64,000 nucleotides of DNA. Origin: Lytechinus pictus (taxonomy: Eukaryota). Shown piece after piece: positions 25,101-35,833 of this stretch (its first letter is position 1; every line of letters begins with the position of its first letter). Location: contig NC_087257.1 of assembly GCF_037042905.1 (NCBI RefSeq), positions 16,554,001-16,618,000 on the forward strand, read 5' to 3'. A program made the translations under genes and the position numbers. The notes under the pieces are model-generated. The model saw only the letters and a program-made list of their open reading frames with translations, had not been told where the DNA came from and searched no databases.

Positions 25101-27403
25101 AAGACATCTGCCAAGAATTCAAATTCCTAAGGAAGGCTTTGCCTCAGTGCACACATGGAAGGAGTTGACCATTCCTTCGCTATAAACTCCCATGACGGAC
25201 AAACATCATGGATTCTGGTGGGAAACTTCAGGAGTGAAGGAGGCAGATTACTTTTCATATGAGAAACCGATGAGCTGCTAAAGTACAGTGCCCAAAGAGG
25301 CAGCTGGATTTGAGTTAAAACCTTCAGATTATTTTATTGCATTTCTTCCTAATAAATTGACATGAAAATCATGAAAAGAAACAAATTTTTTCTTGATTGT
25401 CTTCTTTCCTTAACTACTAAAGAGTACTTTTATTGTTCGAATTCGTGTAATTAGGGATCCATATGTCTAGACGAGGAATCATGGCCCTGCATGGGAAGCG
25501 GGGGTGCTGCGTGTAGTATTCACCATAGGCACACCCCTGCATGGAAATTTGGTACGTAGATATGCTAAAAAGCATAAATTTAATCAAAATCGCCTTGTCA
25601 ATTTTTTTCCTGGACCAAAATCCTGTACAATTTGTATCGAAACTTTTTTTTCTTTCTTTTTGCTTGTCAAATTTGGACCAGCACCCCCTGCTCATTCATC
25701 GTTCCCAGGACCCTGCAAAGAATATAACAAAGCTATGATTTTATTTATACACCGACGAGAATTTAAATCCTTTTAATGGAATTCAGTGAGAGAGAGAGTC
25801 AGACAGGTGAAAAAGATGGTAACATCAGGCTTCCACTTTGTATATTTCATTTGCTCGTAAAAGCTTTTTGAAGAGTGTTTTGCAAAAGGGAAAGGAAATT
25901 ACACCAAATGGTATCGCCTCCTGGCGACACAGCTTCTACAAAAACGCTATAATTAGAGGAGCAATTAGACCAAGGAGATCTCCTTGATTAGACTGTGCTC
26001 TCAAAAATATACATATTAGAGTAGAAGATTCTGTGTTTATTCCCGGGGTTTATTCGGTATTTGAATACTTACACTAACGTTTCCTGTCTTGATCATGTTG
26101 ATCGAGGCGAATATTATCACCGTCATCGTCGTCATCATCATAGTAAGTACATGTTTTCTGACACTTTATTGCTTCAACTAAGTAATATCAGTAGCGTACA
26201 CAGAGGGGGTGGGGGGTTACACGGGTTCAACCCCCCCCCCCTTTGATTTTAGTGAAAGGCAACCCCCATCAATAAATCAAAACCCCTCTTTAATAAAATA
26301 ATGTTGGAGAATTTTTTTTTTTGCTTTTCAACTTTTCAGTCAGTTTGACCCCCCCCCCCTTCAGAAATCCTGCGTACGCTACTGTGTGATATAATTTTCG
26401 GACTGCGGAAGAATCCTTATGAGTTATGTGATATGAGTTTTGTTTGTGATATTCTATCGTTTTATGAATTAGCTGTTTCATAATCATAAAAGGAATTCTC
26501 TGAACGTCACTGTTTCTGCCCTACTTGGTTTTCATGTTCCCTCTCTACATATTATATGACCCCTTCTCCCCTCTCTCTCCCCCTCTCTCAATTCGCACCC
26601 TCCCCTCTATCTCTCCCCCTCTCTCTCTTCATCTTTTTCAATATTTCTTTAGTAGAGGGGAGATATAAATTATGTTACAGCACTTTCACACATCATCTTC
26701 CCTCATCCCAGTGACATTTTTATGCTCTCTATTTTACGATGTTGAATCATTCTGCATGATACATTTTATTTTCCAGTTCCCTCCATCCCCTTTCATTATT
26801 TTAATCTCNNNNNNNNNNNNNNNNNNNNNNNNNNNNNNNNNNNNNNNNNNNNNNNNNNNNNNNNNNNNNNNNNNNNNNNNNNNNNNNNNNNNNNNNNNNN
26901 NNNNNNNNNNNNNNNNNNNNNNNNNNNNNNNNNNNNNNNNNNNNNNNNNNNNNNNNNNNNNNNNNNNNNNNNNNNNNNNNNNNNNNNNNNNNNNNNNNNN
27001 NNNNNNNNNNNNNNNNNTTTGTACCCCATCTCTCCCTTTTTATTAAAAAAAAAAAAATTAAAAAAACACAATCAAACACAGTGACAGTTTTCGTCTATCC
27101 AGCATTGTTCAAAATGTATAATGTTATTCCAAACACACACTCAGTGTTAGTTTAAATATGCATATTATTACATCCTGAATTATGAAGAATCACTTTTCCC
27201 TACTTGGCATATAATAATAAACTGAATACTATGTCTACGGGCCTACTGCAAGTTCTGTCAAATAATTCGTAACCTTTACCATGTTTACGGCATATATAAC
27301 TTGCATGGGCCTATTTGAAATATGATTATGTTTTATACGCCAGTAATCAGCGTTGGTCTTGTAGGCCTATTCATTCCGGTGTTCACAGTGTCCAGTTCGG
27401 TGT

Positions 27404-29439
27404 TTAGATGGCGCCTCCGTCACCAGCACCTGCATACAAACGGAATCAGGATATACATTAAACAACACTGCAAAAAACACAACCGTCCGGTGCTAATTTA
27501 ACACAAGCCCAGTATCTCCATGTACAGTATGTACCAGAAAAGTGTTGGGACAACCCCAGTTTGGATTTGGGGTTAACACTAGACAGGCGTCAAATATTAC
27601 TTCCTTCTTTTGTTATAAACACTGCTAATGATACAATCCTTGCAGCTGATTTTCTAAGAAAAGAACACACCCTAAGAGGTACATAAATGAAAGCTTAATG
27701 AAAATCATACAAACATTAAGAGAGTATAAACGTTTTGATCACTATGTACATGATATACAAGCAAATTAAAAAAATATCGAAATGTCACTGTACATGAACA
27801 ACCTGTATATTAGATTAGCAGATACCCCGATGGGCCTGTATAATAATAATAATAATAATTATTATTATGAGGCGCCGATTTATCTAGTTGCCTATTCAAT
27901 TGCGCACTATATACCCGGCTGTAGCTCCAGCTGCTTATGGCGCTTGGTGCATTCAAGGAATTAATCCTACCGGGTACCCATTCACCTCACCTGGGTCGAG
28001 TGCAGCACAGTGTGGATAAATTTATCGCTGAAGGAAAACACGCCATGGCTAGGATTCGGGCTAGGATTCGAACCCACGACCCTCCGTTTGAAAGGCGAGA
28101 GTCAGAACCACTAGACCACAGCGCGCCCGACAGACTACAGATTATTTTGAAAATGTCATCAATATAATAAATGAAGTGGCAGTTTATGTTCCGTTTTGAT
28201 CAAGTTGAAAGCAAAAAGACAAACGTCATACTAACATACATGCGACTAAAAATAATTTGTTCATCTGCATTATGGAGAAAGTTTACAATACTAGGCTAGT
28301 ATTTTTTTAGAATTACAATATTAAGAGGCCGCCATATTTCATGTTACGAATTGGGGGGGGGGGGGAGAGCTTAACACGCGTCGAAAACAACAAAATATGT
28401 ACGTCACAGTACATACCTTTTTGTTGATTTTATGGACGTGATTGACAATATCCTCTTAAATAGCTTAATCAGGCCTGAGTTGAATTTAAGAACCTTCAGA
28501 GTTTATTTCCATCATATTTATATTTTGAAGCGTTTAATATGCAAATGAAAACAACTCTATAACTAGCTAAATTGTTTAGATTTTTTTTAAGCGTAAGTCA
28601 AATAAAAAAATTATACAAAATATGTATAGAAAAACGCTCTAAGCTTTAAATCGAGGGGGACGATGCCCCCATAATTTTTTTTTTGTAATGAAAATAGCAA
28701 TGATAATAATTAATTTACCGGCACAAAAGACGACCCTGTTTTTCCTCCGTGTACACCAGCAGCCAGGGGCATTGGCACAGGCTAGAGAACAGAGAAAACA
28801 TTGAAATACAGATAGATGAAACACAGATAGGTAATAAGGGCCATGGGCCCATTCAAAATGTCACAAGTGAGATGAGGGCAATTTTCGGGGGGGGGGGGCG
28901 TCTGACTTGAATCATGCAAATTCCGACTCCAAATTCAACTTCAACTATTATTCTGAAGGCATGTTATGTTCTATCGCGGACACTACATTAGAAATGTATG
29001 TCCGTAATACAACACAAATGGATTGAAACTTTCATGATCACATTAAGGATACCTTGTGCACGCTTTTATTATAGTTCAAAAAATGCAATAAATGGACAAT
29101 GTCCATAACTCATAACACCCCAGGGCCACGGACCCCCCCCCCCCCAACACAAAAAAAACATGTATATACATTTTATATATATATATACATATATATATAT
29201 AGGCGAAAAAATGACAAGACGATTTGACGTTGCTGTAGACCACAATTTAATCCGAGCTTTCGGCCTTAGGCCTTCTTCATGGGTTCTTTTAACAAAAACG
29301 AACGAAACATATCAATAGTATAGAGGGAGGAACAGGTGGAAATATGGGCATTTACATGTACATATATAATAATTGATATATAACATATTTGGTACAAGAC
29401 ACAGTAGTCATGTTAAAGAGTGGATGCCTGTTTACATTT

Positions 29440-29494
<55 letters not shown>

Positions 29495-29804
29495 TAATTG
29501 CTCTGACTTAAAATGAAGGAAATACATTCTAACATCAATGTGCAGGCAGTAAACCTCCATCCTTTACATGGTCTACAAACATCACAATTACTTTTTTTTA
29601 TAATGCACTTGATCACGTTCACGACGTACCTTTGTATTTCTTCATATTCCTCCCCCTTTTCTCCGCCAACAGAAGGTCCTGTGTGAATGGGTCTCTCTTC
29701 ATGAATTCGACATCAGCGGCGAGATCGTCCTCGGCATCGTCGAAATCGAAAGCCAGGGCAACGGCGAGCAATGCAGCAAAGACGATAAGTGCCTTGGTAG
29801 ACAT
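27404..29804 (-). CDS. Secreted prepropeptide, 87 aa (signal, acidic pro-region, KR sites, cationic 4-Cys mature peptide), antimicrobial peptide/toxin-like; coding exons 29804-29630, 28781-28719, 27429-27404
   Basis: Phase-1 GT-AG junctions give MSTKALIVFAALLAVALA-FDFDDAEDDLAADVEFM-KR-DPFTQDLLLAE-KR-GRNMKKYKACANAPGCWCTRRKNRVVFCAGAGDGGAI*; probable 5' UTR exon ending 30613 and an upstream TATA box. Confidence 0.8.
27840..28127 (-). mobile_element. tRNA-derived SINE
   Basis: Minus strand A box TGGTCTAGTGG, B box GGTTCGAATCC, SINE body, (ATT)n tail. Confidence 0.85.
29203..29440 (-). mobile_element. Penelope-like solo pLTR/retrozyme remnant between (TA)n tracts
   Basis: Flanked by (TA)n on both sides; contains a minimal hammerhead motif at 29283-29251. 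Confidence 0.55.
29251..29283 (-). ncRNA. Minimal (Penelope-type) hammerhead ribozyme motif
   Basis: CCC-ATGAAGA-A-GGCC-TAA-GGCC-GAAA-GC-TC-GGA; core differs from CUGANGA at C3. Confidence 0.55.
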
Positions 29805-30735
29805 GGTGTCAGTGTCGTTGACCTTTTCTGTGTTGATTATTTTGATTCATAGATAAAATTCAAAGGAAAAGTAAGCGAATAATGATCATTTTGTTTAAAA
29901 AAATTATGTCACCTTTTATCATACAAGCTATGTACTCAAGTTTGAAGAGATGCCTTGTCAGAGGGCTACTTTATAAAAAGAAAGTGTATGCGCGGCAAAA
30001 TCTACAAGAAGCTTATGGGATTTTTTAAATCGGAATTCTAATAATTTTGAATAGAATGTAGTCATTTTTAATTGATATGCCCCATGTACAATGCTGTATA
30101 TATTTTTTCGAGAGTACAACCTGTTCTGTAGGAGTGAAATACATCAAAGCACTTCTAATAGTTGGTAAAAATAATTAATGACCCATGATGGACTATAACA
30201 GGTAGGCCTATACCAGAATGAGGTATCCTATATAGTGTCAATCATAAACACTGATATTGTACCAGTCGGGCCAAAAGAATGTACGTACTGTAGATAAGGG
30301 TTCGCCGTGGCATTTGCTGCGGCGACAATTTTACGCTGTAAATTCAACACACTAATGGAATGACCAACTTTAACCCTTGGTTTAACACTATACCCTATCC
30401 TAAACCTGACATAAAACCCTATTACAACCCTAACCCTATATTTTAGACGAAATAACTCCCGGAGCAAATGTGGTGTCACCCTGGATAAGATGAAACCAAA
30501 GCATGTATAACAAAAAAGCTATTAAATCCAAAACATTGTTCTCTATATGCACAGATGAGTAATATCATACGACAACAGCAACATCATTTGCGATCACAAA
30601 AGAAATTCTTACCAAAATAACTTGACAGGAAGCAAAAACGGAATCTTCGATAGCCCTCCCAGGACGATGAATACAAGCTACCGTAAGAATCTTAAAAAGA
30701 TTGAGCAGTTCTGAAGAAACCTCCAAGATACTCGA

Positions 30736-30743
30736 TTTATATA
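30736..30743 (-). promoter_or_regulatory. TATA box of the prepropeptide gene
   Basis: TATATAAA on minus strand ~25-30 bp upstream of an Inr-like TCAGA and a 5' UTR exon with a GTAAG donor at 30612; ETS-like ACCGGAAG (~30913) and AP-1 TGACTCA (31017) further upstream. Confidence 0.6.
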
Positions 30744-31129
30744 GTTTTTTGGGGACGTAAATCGAATGTTAATATTTATTTATCCTTCACGGTAATTGGG
30801 CTGGAGCGAAGCGCGTAGGACAAAGAATCACAAAGTAGAATTTCGTGTTAATTAAGCCTCATTGTGTTAATTAGCTAGGATCTGCCATTGTGCTTTAGTG
30901 ATCATGCTCACCACCGGAAGAATGATTTGCGTCGGTTTTAATGCGAGGCTGTCATTCTCAGTGAAAATTTGACCTTTCTAAAACATACGAAGTATACGAT
31001 GAAATGTAGATTAAGCTGACTCAATAAAGTATCATATTTACTCATTGGGACATGACCGTGTCTCCAAGAAATTCTGTTTTTGAAGCATTTTGTCCTGCGC
31101 AGGGAGTTCATTTTTTCTTGCCTGTTTGC

Positions 31130-32700
31130 GTCCCCCCTCCCCCTCTCCATCTTTTCTTTCTTTTCTCCTTCCCACGCCCTCCTTTCCCTCCCTCACTCTG
31201 TCCATCTTTCTTCCTTTTCTCTTTCCCCCCTCTCCCTCACTCTGTCCATCTTTCTTCCTTTTCTCTTCCCCCCTCTCCCTCACTCTGTCCATCTTTCTTC
31301 CTTTTCTCTTTCCCCTCTCTCCCTCCCTCACTCTGTCCATCTGTCTTCCTTTTCTCTTTCCCCTCTCTCCCTCCCTCACTCTGTCCATCTTTCTTCCTTT
31401 TCTCTTTCCCCTCTCTCCCTCCCTCACTCTGTCCATCTTTCTTCCTTTTCTCTTTCCCCTCTCTCCCTCCATCACTCTGTCCATCTTTCTTCCTTTTCTC
31501 TTCCCCTCTCTCCCTCCCTCACTCTGTCCATCTTTCTTCCTTTTCTCTTCCCCTCTCTCACTCCCCCACTCTGTCCATCTTTCTTCCTTTTCTCTCCCCC
31601 TGCCTCACTCTGTCCATGTTTCTTCCTTTTCTCTTTCCCCCTCTCTCCCTCACTCTATCTATCCATCTTTCTTCCTTTTCTCTTTCCCCTCTCTCCCTCC
31701 CTCACTCTATCCATCTTTCTTTCAGTTCCCTCACCTCCTCTCTCACTCTGTCCATCTTTCTTCCTTTTCTCTTCCCCTCTCTCCCTCCCTCACTCTGTCC
31801 ATCTTTCTTCCTTTTCTCTTCCCCTCTCTCACTCCCCCACTCTGTCCATCTTTCTTCCTTTTCTCTCCCCCTGCCTCACTCTGTCCATGTTTCTTCCTTT
31901 TCTCTTTCCCCCTCTCTCCCTCACTCTATCTATCCATCTTTCTTCATTTTCCATTTCCCCCCCCCTCTCTCTCTCTCCCTCCCTCCCTCCCTCCCTCCCT
32001 CCCTCCCTCCCTCCCTCCCTCCCTCCCTCCCTCCCTCCCTCCCTCCCTCCCTCCCTCACTCTATCCATCTTTCTTCCTTTTCCGTCACCCCTCTCTCCCT
32101 CCCTCATTCTATCCATCTTTCTTCATTTTCTCTTTCCCCCTCTCTTCCTCACTCTATCCATCATTCTTTCTGTTCTCTCCACCCCTCCCTCACTCTGTCT
32201 ATCTTTCTTCCTTTTCTCTTCCCCTGCCTCACTCTATCCATCTCTCTTCCTTTCCCTCACCCCCTACCTCCCTTACTCTATCCATCTTCCTTCATTTTCT
32301 CTTTCCCAATCTCTCCCTCTCTCTACCCATCTTTCTTCCTTTTCTTTTCCCCCCTCTCTCCCTCCCTCACTCTATATCCATCTTTCTTCCTTTTCTCTCT
32401 CCCTCCCTCACTCTATCCATATTTCTTCCTTTTCTCTCCCCTCCCTCACTCTGTCCATATTTCTTCCTTTTCTCTTTCCCCCTCTCTCCCTCACTCTGTC
32501 CATATTTCTTCCTTTTCTCTTTCCCCCTCTCTCCCTCACTCTATCCATCTTTCTTCCTTTTCTCTCCCCTCCCTCACTTTCTCCATCTTTCTTCCTTTTC
32601 TCTTCCCCTCTCTCCCTCCCTCACTCTATCCATCTTTCTTCATTTTCTCTTTCCCCACTCTCCCTCCCTTCCTCACTCTGTCCCTCTCTCTCCCCCTCCC
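31130..32700. repeat. Polypyrimidine/polypurine minisatellite (~40-bp unit CCCTCACTCTGTCCATCTTTCTTCCTTTTCTCTTTCCCCTCTCT) with (CCCT)n core
   Basis: Direct inspection; accounts for the 550-aa low-complexity ORFs. Confidence 0.95.
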
Positions 32701-34531
32701 CATCAAGAAAACAGTCAATTGAGGCCCATTTCATAAAACCTTTTCATAACAAAATAACAGCATTAACAGTTAAACGCTACTGAAATCCTTCAAGCTAATT
32801 GACTTATAGTATTAAATTTGTTAAAGAAATTATATGTTATTATAACAAGTCTTTTTGAAAGGACCCCAGGTCGCAAGCGTGTCTGTGCATTTCAAACTTT
32901 GAAAAGGAATGATCTTGTATACACTTTCGAAGGATTTCTTTTAAATTTGCACAAAAAAGTAGAAAATATTTCTTACTGGTGGAGGGGGGGGGGGTAGGTA
33001 GTGCAAGTGCCCGTTTGCCACTCCTCCATCTGCTTACAATCATGGCTACAGCCATAATATGATTTCTTTATTCACTTTTATCTTTCATCATAAACACCCC
33101 CTCATGCAAAAAGACAATCCTTACTATCAACGTTTTGTAACTTATTAAACAGACAATCGAGTTAAAAAATATGACCAACAAGGGTTATAGATATAAGTTA
33201 TGATCAGTATTGTTAGTCGAAAATTTTGGATCAAAATACCCATAGGTACTCCAATAATTACATCCAACCACCATCAATTGCCCCAAAATAATTTTTCGCA
33301 GCTTGTTGGTCATATTTCAAGTCACTTGTTTTGTTGGAGTACAAACGTTGATCCAGAAATTATCAGTATTTCCAGTATCTTTCGGCAATTGCAAGAACAA
33401 TTGTGATACTATCGATTGCAAAAACTCCACAAATAATCATTTAAAAAAAATCGGAAACGTTTTTTTTATAAATAATATCGAATGGCAATATTGCCCTTTA
33501 AAGTTGCCGAACGACTCCTATATCTCAATATTATTTCATTTTCTCACTCCCCCCCCCCCCCTTCATTCTTTTTTCATTTCCCACGCTCTTTTTCTTCAGT
33601 TGCTATAATCTTTATTTTCATTGTCCATTATAAATTATTCGTCAAAGGAAAAGTACTGTAAGGCTATGTGTTTATTTTCTTTGTTTCAGAGCATGTTTCG
33701 TTTCACTGTTTTAGTATCAATATAATATTATTATGCATAGCAAGAATATGATTGCATAAATTTGATTGATTAGTATTGTATAATACATACAGTATATGTA
33801 AAGGAATATAGGCCTATATAATGAGTCATATTCAGACACAACACAATAGATTAATAAAGAATAGTGAATAAATGAATCACAGCTAATGTAAATCAGAAAA
33901 TGAATATATGAAAGAATGACACATGATGAAGATGAACGAACAAACACCATTTGCTCAAAAGGGTTTAAGATGGAATGGAAATGCAATCCATGCAAGGTAT
34001 TGTTGGTATGCACGTAACGTGATACACCATAGATTTTGAAGAAAAACACCAGTGTTGAAATAACAAATAAATGTGTTTTAATAACACCAACGACTAATTA
34101 AGTAACACTGAATTAAAATGACAGGTGTCGTCCCTTTATATGCACCAATATTAACAACCCAGTTTTTGCTGTGTACACAAAGACTGTGCTCTGCATATCT
34201 AGAGTAGATGTGTACATAGTGAAATATATCTACGTAAAAATATGGATATACCCGAACCGAGGGAATAGGTATAATATCGGGGCTTTTTTTTGGGGGGGTG
34301 GGATGGCCCACCCCCCCCCCCTCTGTACGACAATAGCAAACCGAGTAATGACACTCTATATTCAAAGCAGTGATCAGAATCGTTCTGCAACACCAATTTC
34401 GAATCTTTACATTTCGCGGTTTGTCACTGCATTTCTAACCAATTTGACCGCTATTTTGCACATAACGACTCGGCCTTGAAAAAACCCTATATTTTTGCAT
34501 TCCAAGTACACTATTTGCTATACCATTCGAG

Positions 34532-34790
34532 CAGGGGCGGATCCAGGATTTTCCAAGGGGGGGGGGGCACATTTTTCCGAGGAAAAATTTGACAAGCAAG
34601 AAAAAAAGGTTTTCAACCAAAAATTAAGAATATTTTGTCCCAGAAAAAAAGGTCTTTACTTTCAAAAGTGGGAGAGGGGGCACACTTCTGTTTCAACGGC
34701 ATTTTTACATTACAAATTTTAATTTTGCTTCTCAAAGGGAGGGGGGCACGGGCCGTCTGTGCCCCCCCCCCCCCCCCGGATCCGCCAGTG
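34532..34790. mobile_element. hAT-like MITE
   Basis: CAGGGGCGGATCC...GGATCCGCCAGTG termini, 8-bp TSD CATTCGAG; related copy at 50501-50852. Confidence 0.8.
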
Positions 34791-35833
34791 CATTCGAGTT
34801 TTACCAATAGATTTCAAGCCAACAAAACTGAAAATTGCAAAATAGCACCGGAGAAAAACATTTTCATTCAAACATAAAAAGCACAAACAAACTTTTTTCT
34901 TTATTGCCACGAAATCACCCATACAGTTTTGTTAAACAAGCATAGTCTTCACAATTTAACATCCTTGAACTGTCTATAATTATTGTTACGCTTCTTGGAA
35001 TCTTTCAACGGACGTTTAATTGGATGGTCGTATTCATTTGGTTTTCTTCACCATTTTCCATCTTGTATCATTTTGATTGTCCTTCAAGCACAAATAAGCG
35101 CCGTTTAATTAGGGCACCACATTTCAGAAAGTAGAGCAAGCATTGCTACAGTGTACAGTATTCTCTTATAAGACCGTATAAAGACGATTCTTGTTAACCA
35201 TAGCTACATAGGAGGTAGCTTTGCGATAGTAGCCATATTCAGGGGCCGCGGTACGGTTTTCAAAGTGGGGGTGGGCTGACCATGCAAAAAATCACAATCA
35301 TATGGTAATTTTTACGTTTTTGTACACGGTTTTGGAAAAAAGTGGGGAGGCTGAAGCCCCCCCCCCCCCCCAGCCCCCCGCTTCCACGTCCCCTGATGTT
35401 TTTTATTCGGTTGTTTTCTCAAGGCAAGCCTCGCAGGCCTGCAGGGTGCTATATATGCCATCTTTTGTTTGTTCTACTGTCGGATAGTCTACAGGGGGCT
35501 CGAAACATTTTTAAAAATAGGGGGGGGGGGGCTATTTGAATGAACCAAAAAAAAAACCTCGGGGATATCGAAATTATAATCGTAGGGTTACGATGTCGGT
35601 GCTGACAATGGAATCTTAGTTGAATGACAATTATTCTTTCATAAAAGACAGAGATAACCTTGTCAAGAGTTCCAAGTCTGTGAACAACGCAGTATCATAG
35701 ACGATTCTTGCCCCCCATGGGAATCTGACAATTATTATGCATGGTCAAGCGCTTTAATCCATTATAGAAAATTAGCCAAACAATTATTCGAAGATGGGCT
35801 CAAACTTAGATCAAAGTAAAAAACGAAACGGGT

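Noticed and set aside
26672-27079. ORFs spanning an N-run
   Set aside because: Assembly gap
28060-28127. tRNA-like sequence
   Set aside because: Head of a SINE with body and simple-repeat tail, not a tRNA gene
27404-29804. Naming the peptide precursor strongylocin or centrocin
   Set aside because: Cysteine number and spacing and precursor layout do not match those families; left unnamed
31052-32783. Three 548-567 aa ORFs on the plus strand
   Set aside because: Open in all three frames because the pyrimidine minisatellite lacks stop codons; low-complexity artefact
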